54,803 bases of DNA, from assembly GCA_003220335.1 (NCBI GenBank), contig QHSB01000085.1:1-54803 (forward strand), written 5' to 3'. This DNA is from Candidatus Rokuibacteriota bacterium (lineage in GTDB: Bacteria > Methylomirabilota > Methylomirabilia > Rokubacteriales > CSP1-6). The position numbers were made by a program, and so were the translations under genes. The notes beneath the pieces are model-generated. The model did no database searches. It saw only the letters and a program-made list of their open reading frames with translations, and had not been told where the DNA came from. Numbering within the stretch: position 1 is the stretch's first letter; each line of letters opens with the position of its first letter. Below, piece after piece: positions 20,237-29,418 of this stretch.

Positions 20237-22371
20237 CGCTGGCCGCCCGACTCGATGGCGCCCAGGCCCACGCTGGTGGTGATCGGCCCGGCGACGCCGA
20301 GGAGGTTGAGGGTGAAGCGGATCTCGTCGTCGCGCCTGGCCCGGTTGATGAGCTCGATGGCGAGCGCCCAGCACTGCCAGTGCAGCTCCATCGCGAGCCG
20401 ACTCTCCGCGAACGTGCTCGTACGCAGCTCCCAGTTGATGCTGCCGCGCGTGGTCAGCCACGCCCAGGGGCTCACGAAGAACCCCCCCTGCAGGAAGGTG
20501 TTGTGCGACGGGTCGCTGTAGGTCACGCCGAGGTCGACCTGGCCGCGGCGGATCGGGGTCGAGAACCCGGCCGACACCGCCGGGAAGTTGTGCGCGGCGG
20601 GGCTATACGACAGGTCGCTGCGAAAGCGCGCGTACGGCGTCGGCGCCACGATGAGGGTGCCGAAGGCGTCCGCCCACTGATCCTTGCGCACGTCGTAGGC
20701 GTGACCGAGGGTGAGCCGGAACATCTCCCAGCGCACGGGCTCGGCGTTCGCGAGCGCGACCGTGCGCCCCCGGATGCGGTTGGTCAGCGAGTACTCCAGC
20801 TGGCTCGAGTCCTGGATGTTGTCGACGGCGGCCGTCCACTGCGGCAGCCGGTCCTTGTCCTTGCCGGCGGTCCACGTGTAATTCACCCGCGGCTCGATCG
20901 TGTGCAGCATGGCGTCGATGTTCCAGACGCCGCCGGTGTCGAACACGCGCGACACCTTGGTCTCGAGGTCGGCGCCGACCTCGACCAGCCGGCGCAAGCG
21001 CGTGTCGTCGTTCGTGTCCTCGACGAGGCCGGCCACACCCACGGCGCTGTGATAGCCGGTGACGGTGCGGTCGTAGCCGGTGAGACGCCCCCCGACGAAG
21101 GGCGTGAGCGTCAGCACGTCGAGCGGGATCGGCCGCGACACCCGGGGGTGGAGGTCCACGCGGTCGCCGTCCGAGCCGATCACGCGCACGAAGCGGACGG
21201 CACTGCCGTCGAACTGCCACAGCACGCCGGGCACGTCGTGCAGCGGCTGGGGCGTGCCCACCAGGCGGATGTCGGGCAGGCGGTTGAGCTCGACGGGCCG
21301 CCGGGTCGTGAGGTCCTGGTAGGCGAACAGGTCACCGACGAGGTTCCACGTGTCCCAGCTGCGCGTCACGAACACGTTCGATTCCACCCGCTGCGCGCTG
21401 CGCTGGGCAAGGGCGTCGCCGTAGTCCTGGAGCACGCGATCCTCGGACACGCCGGTGGCGTCCACCTTGAGCCAGGTGCGGGGTCCGAGCTTCCAGTCCT
21501 GGCGCGTGGTGCCCACGAAGCGTGAGGCATCGTGCTTCGCTGTCTCCTGCATGAAGAACCCCCCGACCCGCCCGCGCTGGCTTTCCGGCAGGAGATAGCG
21601 GTACTCGAGGTTGAACCCCTCGCCCAGGTTGGAGTAGACGAGCGGCGAGAACGTCAGATCCTGGCTGTCGTCGATGGCCCAGAAGAACGGCAGCTCCGCG
21701 TAGAAGCCGCGGCGCGAGGACTGGCCGAATTTCGGGAACAGAAAACCCGTCTGGCGCTCGCGCCGGATGGCGGCGGCGAAGAATGGCACGAACGGGATGA
21801 GCGGGATGTTCCGCACCCAGAACGACGCGCCGGTCCCGTACAGGAACTCGTTGAGGTCCGCGGTGGCGGAGCCGAAATGGAAGGCCCAGTCGGGGGGGTC
21901 GCCGTCACACGTGGTGAAGACGCCCTTCTTCACGTGGTAGACGCTCTCGCCGAGGCGCTCCATTCTCTCGCCCATGATGCGGTAGTACGGCGCGCCGTGG
22001 GCCTCGGCCTGGTACACGACGCCGGCGCCCGTCTTCACGTTGTACTCGATACGCTGCCCCGTGAGCTGGTCCTCGCCGTCGTAGAAGATCACGCGGCCCT
22101 GGGCGACGGCATCGCCGGTGGCGCGGTTCAGCTCGATGCGATCGGCCATCAGGCGCGCGGCGCCCTTCGTCAGCTCGACGTTGCCGGTGGCGATGAACAG
22201 GTCCGGCGCCGCCTGCTCGAGCTGGTCGGCGATGATCGTCACGTCACCGGCCGCCGTCGGCACCGTGACGGGCACCTGGGGCTGCTGCGCCTCGGCGGTC
22301 GCCGCGACGGCCACGGCCAGCAAGAGTCCCGTCGCGACACGCCGGAGTCGACCGCGGAATCGCGTCCTCAA
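20233..22371 (-). CDS. lptD: LPS-assembly outer-membrane protein LptD
   Basis: 712 aa. Signal peptide ...LLLAVAVAATAEAQQ, OstA-like N-terminal domain (GNVELTKGAARLMADRIELN...GRVIFYDGEDQLTG) and a long beta-barrel region. The start codon is TTG at 22371, with no obvious SD and an in-frame stop 5 codons upstream. Confidence 0.85.
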   Translation of the reverse strand: MRTRFRGRLRRVATGLLLAVAVAATAEAQQPQVPVTVPTAAGDVTIIADQLEQAAPDLFIATGNVELTKGAARLMADRIELNRATGDAVAQGRVIFYDGEDQLTGQRIEYNVKTGAGVVYQAEAHGAPYYRIMGERMERLGESVYHVKKGVFTTCDGDPPDWAFHFGSATADLNEFLYGTGASFWVRNIPLIPFVPFFAAAIRRERQTGFLFPKFGQSSRRGFYAELPFFWAIDDSQDLTFSPLVYSNLGEGFNLEYRYLLPESQRGRVGGFFMQETAKHDASRFVGTTRQDWKLGPRTWLKVDATGVSEDRVLQDYGDALAQRSAQRVESNVFVTRSWDTWNLVGDLFAYQDLTTRRPVELNRLPDIRLVGTPQPLHDVPGVLWQFDGSAVRFVRVIGSDGDRVDLHPRVSRPIPLDVLTLTPFVGGRLTGYDRTVTGYHSAVGVAGLVEDTNDDTRLRRLVEVGADLETKVSRVFDTGGVWNIDAMLHTIEPRVNYTWTAGKDKDRLPQWTAAVDNIQDSSQLEYSLTNRIRGRTVALANAEPVRWEMFRLTLGHAYDVRKDQWADAFGTLIVAPTPYARFRSDLSYSPAAHNFPAVSAGFSTPIRRGQVDLGVTYSDPSHNTFLQGGFFVSPWAWLTTRGSINWELRTSTFAESRLAMELHWQCWALAIELINRARRDDEIRFTLNLLGVAGPITTSVGLGAIESGGQR

Positions 22372-22389
22372 GTGTCCCAGAAGTCACCG

Positions 22390-23700
22390 TCAGAAAAGGG
22401 AGTCTATGCTATCAGCCGCCTTTTCGATGGGGCAAGGTTTATCGCCCCTCGTCGCGCGCAGCACGTCGCCCAGCAGCGACAGCGATCCGGCGACACAAAG
22501 GATGGGGGTCCGCGGCTCGCGCGCGGCGAGGGCTAGTGCCTCGGGCGCCGAATCCGCGAGCTCGACGGCCGCGCCGTGGGGCGCCGCATCGCGCAGCGCC
22601 TCCGGCCGCGCCGCGCGCGGGCTCGACGAAGCGGTGAAGATGAGGCGCCGCGCGCGCGGGGCCAGCGCCGCCAGCATCCCGGGCGCGTCCTTGTCGCGGA
22701 GCGCGCCGAACACGAGCGTGAGCGGCGTGGTGCCGAACCACTCGGTGAGCGACGCCGCGAGCGCCGCCGCACCGGCGGGATTGTGCGCGCCGTCGAGCAC
22801 GACGATGCGGTCGCGCGCGCGGAGCACCTCGAAGCGCCCGGGCCAGCGCGCGCGCGCCAGCCCCTCGCGGCAGGCGGCGTCGCGCACGCCGAGCGTGCGC
22901 GCGGCGGCCAGCGCGACGAGCGCGTTCGAGGGCTGGTAGACGCCGAGGAGCGGCAGCCGAAGCCCCTCGAGCCGCCAGCCGGGGCCCGCGGCGTCGATCG
23001 TCTGGGCCTCGAGGTCGCGGGCCCGGACGCGCACGCTCAGCTCGCGTCCCTCCATGAGCAGCGGCACGCCGACGGCCGCGGCACGCGCGAGAAGCACGTC
23101 GGCCGCCTCCGGCGCCTGCGCGGCGGACACGGCGACGCCGCTGCGGATGATGGCGGCCTTCTCGGCGGCGATGGCGGCGAGGGTGGCGCCGAGCACCTCC
23201 TGGTGGTCGAGGTCGATGCGCGCGATCGCGGTCACCGCCGGCGTGCCGACCGTGGTGGCGTCGAGCCGCCCGCCGAGCCCGACCTCCAGCACGGCGACAT
23301 CGACGGCCTCCCGCGCGAAGTGATCGAGCGCGAGGGCCGTGCTGGCCTCGAACATCGTGGCGTCGAGGCGGGCCACCAGCGTGGCAATCGCGTCGAACCC
23401 GTCGGCGACGTCGTCCTCGGCGATGGCCTCGCCGTCGACGCGGATCCGCTCGCGGAACGACACGAGGTGCGGCGAGGTGTACAGGCCCACGCGGCGGCCG
23501 TCGGCCTTGAGGATGGCGGCGAGCATCGCGGCCACCGAGCCCTTGCCGTTCGTGCCGGCGACCTGGACGAGCGTATAGCGGCGCTCCGGATTGCCGAGCG
23601 CCTCCAGCAGCGTCTCGATGCGCTCGAGGCCCGGGCGCATGCCGGCGTGCTCGCCGCCGCGCAGGGCGAGGAGCCGGGCGACGGCCTCGGCGTAGGTCAT
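22390..23700 (-). CDS. folC: Bifunctional folylpolyglutamate synthase/dihydrofolate synthase
   Basis: 436 aa. Mur-ligase P-loop VAGTNGKGSVAAM and TSPHLVSFRERI. ATG overlaps the accD stop (ATGA). Confidence 0.9.
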   Translation of the reverse strand: MTYAEAVARLLALRGGEHAGMRPGLERIETLLEALGNPERRYTLVQVAGTNGKGSVAAMLAAILKADGRRVGLYTSPHLVSFRERIRVDGEAIAEDDVADGFDAIATLVARLDATMFEASTALALDHFAREAVDVAVLEVGLGGRLDATTVGTPAVTAIARIDLDHQEVLGATLAAIAAEKAAIIRSGVAVSAAQAPEAADVLLARAAAVGVPLLMEGRELSVRVRARDLEAQTIDAAGPGWRLEGLRLPLLGVYQPSNALVALAAARTLGVRDAACREGLARARWPGRFEVLRARDRIVVLDGAHNPAGAAALAASLTEWFGTTPLTLVFGALRDKDAPGMLAALAPRARRLIFTASSSPRAARPEALRDAAPHGAAVELADSAPEALALAAREPRTPILCVAGSLSLLGDVLRATRGDKPCPIEKAADSIDSLF

Positions 23701-24569
23701 GCGCGCTCGGGCGGCGGGTCGGTCGGCTGGTCGGCGAAGAAGGCGAGCAGGCGCCGCAGCGTTTCTTTGAGGTCGCGGCGCTCGACCACGAGGTCGAGCT
23801 GGCCGTGCTCGAGGAGAAACTCCGAGCGCTGGAAGCCCTCGGGCAGCGGCTGGCGAATCGTCTCGGCGATCACGCGCGGTCCCGCGAAGCCGATGAGCGC
23901 GCGCGGCTCGGCGACGTTGACGTCACCCAGCATGGCGAAGGAGGCGGTGACGCCGCCCGTGGTGGGATCGGTCAGGACCGACACGTACGGCAGCCCCGCC
24001 TCGGAAAGCCGCTCGAGGGCGGCCGAGGTCTTCGCCATCTGCATGAGCGAGAGGATGCCTTCCTGCATGCGCGCGCCGCCGGAGGCGGACACGATGATCA
24101 CCGGCATGTGCTTGTCGATGGCCAGCTCGATGGCCCGCGTGAGCTTCTCGCCCACCACGGAACCCATGCTGCCGCCGAGGTAGTCGAACTCGAAGACGCA
24201 GAGCACGGTCGGCAAGCCGCCGATGCGCGCGACGCCGGTGATGACCGCCTCCTCCAGCGTCGTCTTCTGCCGCGCCGACTTCACGCGGTCACGGTAGCGC
24301 TTGGAGTCCTTGAAGTTGAGCGGGTCGGCCGGCGTGAGACCGGTCTGGCGCTCCTCGAAGCTGCCGGCGTCGGCGAGCAGCCCGATGCGCTCGCGCGAGC
24401 CGATCCGGAACGGGTAGCGGCACTTCGGGCACACGCGCCCGCCGCGCTCGACCTCCGCGCGGTACACGATCTCCTTGCAGGAGTCGCACTTGATCCACAG
24501 GCCCTCGGCGATGTTGACCTTCTGGGGCCGGCCGGCCGTCTCTTCGGGCTTGCGTCTGAACCAGGCCAT
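23697..24569 (-). CDS. accD: Acetyl-CoA carboxylase carboxyltransferase subunit beta
   Basis: 290 aa. N-terminal zinc ribbon CDSCKEIVYRAEVERGGRVCPKC and a carboxyltransferase body (GGSMGSVVGEK, SGGARMQEG). Confidence 0.92.
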   Translation of the reverse strand: MAWFRRKPEETAGRPQKVNIAEGLWIKCDSCKEIVYRAEVERGGRVCPKCRYPFRIGSRERIGLLADAGSFEERQTGLTPADPLNFKDSKRYRDRVKSARQKTTLEEAVITGVARIGGLPTVLCVFEFDYLGGSMGSVVGEKLTRAIELAIDKHMPVIIVSASGGARMQEGILSLMQMAKTSAALERLSEAGLPYVSVLTDPTTGGVTASFAMLGDVNVAEPRALIGFAGPRVIAETIRQPLPEGFQRSEFLLEHGQLDLVVERRDLKETLRRLLAFFADQPTDPPPERA

Positions 24570-25487
24570 TTACGTCTCGGAGGGGGGCTTCGCCCCCCTT
24601 CCGACCGTCGTCGCGCGCCTCACGGCGCGCTCCTCCGTGCCTCCCGCCTCGATTGCGCGGGCAAAGCCCGCGCTCGAACTTGCGCGGAGGGGATGTTTGA
24701 GCATGGCGATGAATTCTCCCACCTTCTCCACCAGGGCGGCAGTGTTGGCGTGGGCTTCGATCGTGCGGACGATGGCGGAGCCGACGACGACGCCGTCGGC
24801 GAGCTTGCCGACGGCGGCCACCTGCTCGGGCGTGGAGACGCCGAAGCCCACGCAGACGGGCTTGGTGGTCACGAGGCGCAGGGTGCGGATCTGGACGTCG
24901 AGGTCCTTCGGCAGCTCACGCCGTTCGCCGGTGATGCCGGTCAGCGAAACGAGGTAGACGAAGCCGCGCGACAGCCGCGCAAGCGTCTTGACGCGCGCGG
25001 GCGTCGAGGTCGGCGCCACGAGCTGGATGATGTCGAGGCCGGCCGGCTCCGTCTCCGCGCGCAGCGGCTCGCACTCTTCGTACGGCAGGTCGGGCACGAT
25101 CACGCCGTCGGCGCCGGCGTCGGCGGCCGTGCGTGCGAAGCTCTTGAGCCCGAAGGCGAGCACGGGGTTGTAGTACGTCATCAGGACGAGCGGCACGCTC
25201 ACCTGCCCGCGCAGGGTCGACACCATCTCGAGCACCCGCGGCAGCGTCGTACCCCCCGCGAGCGCCCGGCTACCCGCGCGCTGGATCACCGGACCGTCGG
25301 CGATCGGATCGGAGAAGGCCACGCCCAGCTCGATCACGTCGGCGCCGCGGCGCTCCGCCTCGATCACGAGCCGCCCCGTCTCGGCCAGCGACGGGTCGCC
25401 GGCCATGAGGTAGGCGACCAGCGCCCGCTCGCCGCGGGCGCGCAGCCGCGTGAAGGTTTCGTCGAGCCGGGTCGCTGGAGCCTTCAT
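24570..25487 (-). CDS. trpA: Tryptophan synthase alpha chain (with about 40-aa C-terminal extension)
   Basis: 305 aa. [24 protein letters not shown] and [11 protein letters not shown]. The stop TAA directly abuts the accD ATG. Confidence 0.9.
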   Translation of the reverse strand: MKAPATRLDETFTRLRARGERALVAYLMAGDPSLAETGRLVIEAERRGADVIELGVAFSDPIADGPVIQRAGSRALAGGTTLPRVLEMVSTLRGQVSVPLVLMTYYNPVLAFGLKSFARTAADAGADGVIVPDLPYEECEPLRAETEPAGLDIIQLVAPTSTPARVKTLARLSRGFVYLVSLTGITGERRELPKDLDVQIRTLRLVTTKPVCVGFGVSTPEQVAAVGKLADGVVVGSAIVRTIEAHANTAALVEKVGEFIAMLKHPLRASSSAGFARAIEAGGTEERAVRRATTVGRGAKPPSET

Positions 25488-26683
25488 CGGAGCTCCATGC
25501 CGAGCGCCTTCGCCACGACGTGGACGTCCTTGTCGCCGCGCCCGGACAGACCGACCACGATGGCCTTCGACTTCGGCAGGGTCTTGGCCAGGCGCATCGC
25601 GTGGGCAACGGCGTGGGCCGACTCGAGGGCGGGCATGATCCCCTCCAGCCGCGTGAGCGCCTGGAAGCCCTCGAGCGCCTCCTCGTCGGTGATCGACACG
25701 AACGCGAAGCGGCCGGCATCCTTATAGTAGGCGTGCTCGGGGCCGACGCCGGGGTAATCCAGGCCGGCCGAGATCGAGTGCGCGACGGCCACCTGTCCGT
25801 CGTCGTTCTGCAGCAGGTAGCTCATCGAGCCGTGCAGCACGCCGACCGTGCCCGCGGTCATCGAGGCGCCGTGCTTGCCGCTGGCGATCCCGCTGCCGCC
25901 TGGCTCGACGCCGACGATGCCGACCCGGCGGTCGGCGATGAACGGGTGGAACAACCCGATGGCGTTGCTGCCGCCGCCCACGCAGGCGACGACGACGTCC
26001 GGCAGCCTGCCGAGTACGCGCCGGGCCTGAGCCCTCGCCTCTTTTCCGATCACGGTGTGGAAGTCGCGCACCATCATGGGATAGGGATGCGGGCCGAGCG
26101 CCGAGCCGAGCAGATAGTACGTGGTGCGGACGTTGGTGACCCAGTCGCGCAGCGCCTCGTTCACCGCGTCCTTCAGCGTCTTGCTCCCCGACTCCACCGG
26201 GATGACCTTGGCCCCGAGCAGCCGCATCCGGAAGACGTTGAGCGCCTGGCGCTCGATGTCCTCCGTGCCCATGTACACCTCGCACGGCAGCCCGAGCAGC
26301 GCGGCGGCGGTGGCCGTGGCCACGCCATGCTGGCCGGCGCCGGTCTCGGCGATCACACGCCGCTTCTTCATGCGCACGGCGAGCAGCGCCTGGCCGAGCA
26401 CGTTGTTGATCTTGTGGGCGCCGGTATGGCAGAGGTCCTCGCGCTTGAGCCAGATGCGCGCGCCGCCGCAGTGCTCGCTGAGCCGCGCCGCGAAGTAGAG
26501 CGGCGTCGGACGGCCGGCGTAATCGGCGAGCAGCCCGGCCAGCCGTCGCTGGAACGCGCGGTCGCGCCGCGCGGCGACGTACGCCTTCTCCAGCTCGATG
26601 AGCGGCGCCATCAGCGTCTCCGGCACGAACCGGCCGCCGAACCGGCCGAAGTGTCCGCGCGCGTCGGGGAGCCTCGGCGTCAT
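25484..26683 (-). CDS. trpB: Tryptophan synthase beta chain
   Basis: Trimmed to ATG 26683 ([28 protein letters not shown] overlap). PLP-lysine motif HTGAHKINN. Confidence 0.95.
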   Translation of the reverse strand: MTPRLPDARGHFGRFGGRFVPETLMAPLIELEKAYVAARRDRAFQRRLAGLLADYAGRPTPLYFAARLSEHCGGARIWLKREDLCHTGAHKINNVLGQALLAVRMKKRRVIAETGAGQHGVATATAAALLGLPCEVYMGTEDIERQALNVFRMRLLGAKVIPVESGSKTLKDAVNEALRDWVTNVRTTYYLLGSALGPHPYPMMVRDFHTVIGKEARAQARRVLGRLPDVVVACVGGGSNAIGLFHPFIADRRVGIVGVEPGGSGIASGKHGASMTAGTVGVLHGSMSYLLQNDDGQVAVAHSISAGLDYPGVGPEHAYYKDAGRFAFVSITDEEALEGFQALTRLEGIMPALESAHAVAHAMRLAKTLPKSKAIVVGLSGRGDKDVHVVAKALGMELR

Positions 26684-27348
26684 GCGCGCTTGGCCTCGGC
26701 GATGAAGCGCCGGAGCTTGTCGGGATCCTTCTTCCCCGGCCGCACCTCCACTCCGGAGTTCACGTCCACCGCAAACGGTCGCACGAGCTCCACGGCGCGC
26801 GCGACATTGTCGGGCGTCAGCCCGCCCGAGAGCACGATGGCGAGCCGGCCTTCGCCCGGCCTCATGGCGCCCATGAGGCGGATCGCCCGCCACTCGATGG
26901 GCTCGCGCGTCTCGCCCTCACTCCAGCGCGCATCGCTGTCGAAGAGGATGGCCGCCGCGGCCTTCTGCCAGTAGAGCGCGCCGATGCGCTCGCCGATCTT
27001 GTATTCCGGCAGCCCCTCGATCGTCGTGGCCGGCGGCAGCTTGATCGTCTTGATCACGGGCACCGGCGCGTCCTGCCAGTCCTCCGGCTTCTCGTCGCCG
27101 TGGAGCTGGATGGCGCGCAGCCGGCACGCCTCGACGACCGCCTTCACGTGGCCGACGGGATGATCCCAGAAGACCCCGACGGGCGTCACGAACGGCGGCA
27201 GCGCGCGGACGATCGGCCGCACCTGCTCGGGCGTGACGAAGCGCGGCGTGTTCTCGACGAAGATGAAGCCGAGCGCGTCGGCGCCGGCCTGCACCGCCTG
27301 CCGCGCGTCGTCGAGGTTGGTGACGCCGCAAATTTTCACGCGGGTCAC
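26680..27348 (-). CDS. trpF: Phosphoribosylanthranilate isomerase
   Basis: Track ORF 26680-29004 trimmed to GTG 27348 ([15 protein letters not shown] overlap with the trpC stop). C-terminal VDVNSGVE. Confidence 0.85.
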   Translation of the reverse strand: MTRVKICGVTNLDDARQAVQAGADALGFIFVENTPRFVTPEQVRPIVRALPPFVTPVGVFWDHPVGHVKAVVEACRLRAIQLHGDEKPEDWQDAPVPVIKTIKLPPATTIEGLPEYKIGERIGALYWQKAAAAILFDSDARWSEGETREPIEWRAIRLMGAMRPGEGRLAIVLSGGLTPDNVARAVELVRPFAVDVNSGVEVRPGKKDPDKLRRFIAEAKRA

Positions 27349-28127
27349 GCCAGCCTCAGCTCGCGAATCTTCGCGGCGACGTCGGTCGCCTTGACCAGAC
27401 CTTCGCCGACGAGCACGGCGTGGGCGCCGGCGTCGATCACCCGCCGCACGTCGGCGCCGGTGAAGAAGCCGCTCTCGCTCACGACGATGGGTCCGGGCGG
27501 GATCTGCGGCAGGAGCGCCAGCGTCGTCTCGATCCGCGTCTCGAACGTCGCCAGGTCGCGGTTGTTGATCCCGATGACGCGCGCGCCGGTGGCCAGCGCG
27601 ACGTCCAGCTCGGCCGCGGTGTGACACTCGACCAGCGCCGCGAGGCCGAGCCCCTTGGCGGCCGCCGCGAGGTCGCGCAGCCGCTCGGGCTCCAGCATCG
27701 CCACGATCAACAGAATCGCGTCGGCGCCGGCGGCGCGCGCCTCCCACAGCTGATACTCGTCGAGCGTGAAGTCTTTCCTCAGGAGCGGCGCATCCACCGC
27801 GGCGCGCACGGCGCGGAGGTCGTCGAGGCTGCCGCTGAAGTACTTCGCGTCGGTGAGGACCGAGATCGCGTCCACGCCGTGCCGCGCGTAGGTCGTCGCG
27901 AGCGACACCGGGTCGAGGTCCGCCTTGAGCACGCCGCGCGAGGGCGACGCCTTCTTCACCTCGGCCACGAGCCGCGCGCGGCCGGGCGCCGGCGCCAGCG
28001 CGCGCTCGAGATCGCGGGGCGGCGGCAGGGTCGCGCAGCGGGCCTCCAGCGCGGCGCGCGGCGTCGCCGTCTTGAGCGCGGCCACCTCCTGGCGCTTGTG
28101 TCGGACGATCTCGGCGAGGATGGACAT
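27345..28127 (-). CDS. trpC: Indole-3-glycerol phosphate synthase
   Basis: 260 aa. ILAEIVRHKRQEV, LVAEVKKASPSRG, IGINNRDL and SESG. Confidence 0.9.
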   Translation of the reverse strand: MSILAEIVRHKRQEVAALKTATPRAALEARCATLPPPRDLERALAPAPGRARLVAEVKKASPSRGVLKADLDPVSLATTYARHGVDAISVLTDAKYFSGSLDDLRAVRAAVDAPLLRKDFTLDEYQLWEARAAGADAILLIVAMLEPERLRDLAAAAKGLGLAALVECHTAAELDVALATGARVIGINNRDLATFETRIETTLALLPQIPPGPIVVSESGFFTGADVRRVIDAGAHAVLVGEGLVKATDVAAKIRELRLA

Positions 28128-28139
28128 CCGGAATAGCGC

Positions 28140-29348
28140 TCAGAAGTCCCGGCGCTGGGCCGAGCGCCGGAGGGTGTCGAGGGACACCGGCCCGAGCTGC
28201 TCCAGGACGACGTCGCGGATGGTACGCGGCGGGGGCAGGTCCCGCACGATCCGCCCCCCCGTCGTCAGCGGCTTGAGCAGCGCGTCCCAGGGACCGGCGC
28301 CCGGCGGCCGGGTGCCGGCGGGGAGCACGACCGTCTCCAGCGTGCCGCGGCGGCGGAACAGCTCCTTGGCGCCCGACCACTTGCCGCGCTTGGCCATCGG
28401 AGTCCCCTCGATCTCCATGATGTCGAGCGCGAAGCTGACGACCGGCGCGTTCGCGATCGACGTGCCGACGCCGTAGGCGTCCACGACGGGATTGAGGCGC
28501 AGGATCTCGTACTCGTCGATGCCACCGGAGGTGATGATCTTCACGTGGCCGAAGCCCCGGAGGTTCAGCTCCCAGCGGACCTCCTCGACGATGCGGTAGA
28601 GGTCGCCGCGGCGTGAGGACGGCGTGTCGAGCCGCACCGCGTAGAGGTCGTCGCCGAGCGCCTCGGCCACGCGGATCGCCTCGAACTTCTCGTCCTGCAG
28701 CGTGTCGATCAGGGCCACCCGCCGCACCTTGGGCTCGATCACCTGGTGGAACGCCTTCAGCGCCTCCACCGTGTCGCCGATCATCAGCACGAGCGCGTGG
28801 GGGATGGTGCCCGTCGGGTCGGCGTCGATCAGCTCGGCGGCCTTGGTCACCGCCACGCCGTCGCAGCCGCCGATGAACGCGTTGCGCTCGATCATCGGCG
28901 CCAGCGCCGGATGCATGCGGCGCGCGCCGAACGAGATGACCTGGCGCTCGCCCGCCGCCTTCTTGCAGCGGGCGGCCTTGGTGGCGATGCCGGACGCCTG
29001 GCACAGCACGCCGAGCAGCGCCGTCTCGTACCGCGCCCAGTCGACGTACACGCCTTCCAGCACCATGATCGGCTGGTAGGGCGCGAAGATCGTCCCCTCG
29101 TCCATCGCGCGCACATCGACGGGCACGCCCTCGAGCAGCGCCGCCGCCTCCTCGATGCCCGCCAGCACGCCCCAGTCCCAGTCCTCGGGCAGCGCCTTGA
29201 GATAGACCTCGGCCTTCACGCGCTTGCGGTCGCCCCGCGCCTTGAGGATCTGGACGGTGCGCTCGAAGTAGACGTCGTAGACCTCGCCGCCCTTGATCTC
29301 GGCGTCGGACGCGGTATGGAACGGTCGCCTGGGCTCTTTGGGTGTCAT
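28140..29348 (-). CDS. Nicotinate phosphoribosyltransferase, archaeal/Thermoplasma-type
   Basis: 402 aa. FHTASDAEIKGGEVYDVYFERT, YETALLGVLCQASGIATKAAR, RLDTPSSRRGDLYRIVEEVRWELNLRG and GVGTSI closely follow the pattern I recall for the short type-II NAPRTases. Confidence 0.8.
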   Translation of the reverse strand: MTPKEPRRPFHTASDAEIKGGEVYDVYFERTVQILKARGDRKRVKAEVYLKALPEDWDWGVLAGIEEAAALLEGVPVDVRAMDEGTIFAPYQPIMVLEGVYVDWARYETALLGVLCQASGIATKAARCKKAAGERQVISFGARRMHPALAPMIERNAFIGGCDGVAVTKAAELIDADPTGTIPHALVLMIGDTVEALKAFHQVIEPKVRRVALIDTLQDEKFEAIRVAEALGDDLYAVRLDTPSSRRGDLYRIVEEVRWELNLRGFGHVKIITSGGIDEYEILRLNPVVDAYGVGTSIANAPVVSFALDIMEIEGTPMAKRGKWSGAKELFRRRGTLETVVLPAGTRPPGAGPWDALLKPLTTGGRIVRDLPPPRTIRDVVLEQLGPVSLDTLRRSAQRRDF

Positions 29349-29372
29349 CGGATCAGCAGAAACGTGCCGTAA

Positions 29373-29401
29373 ATATTCGCAGAAGCGACGGAGCGAGTCA
29401 A
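29373..29401 (-). promoter_or_regulatory. Candidate sigma70-type promoter in the galU/NAPRTase gap
   Basis: Minus strand: TTGACT (29401-29396), a 17-nt spacer, then GAATAT (29378-29373). Alternatively an 18-nt spacer and AATATT. This is the only clearly AT-richer gap (70 nt) in the neighbourhood. No experimental support. Confidence 0.25.
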
Positions 29402-29418
29402 CGAAAGGACGTCGGTGG

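Noticed and set aside
22372-22440. Lower-GC stretch at the folC 3' end and folC/lptD gap considered as a possible small RNA or promoter.
   Set aside because: Most of it is the folC C-terminal coding tail (…GDKPCPIEKAADSIDSLF). The true gap is only 18 nt, and I found no convincing -35/-10 pair or hairpin.
28140-29348. The phosphoribosyltransferase next to trpC considered as a divergent TrpD (anthranilate PRTase).
   Set aside because: Its motifs (YFERT, CQASGIATKA, RLDTPSSRRG) are those of type II nicotinate/quinolinate PRTases, a different fold from TrpD. The adjacency is probably incidental.
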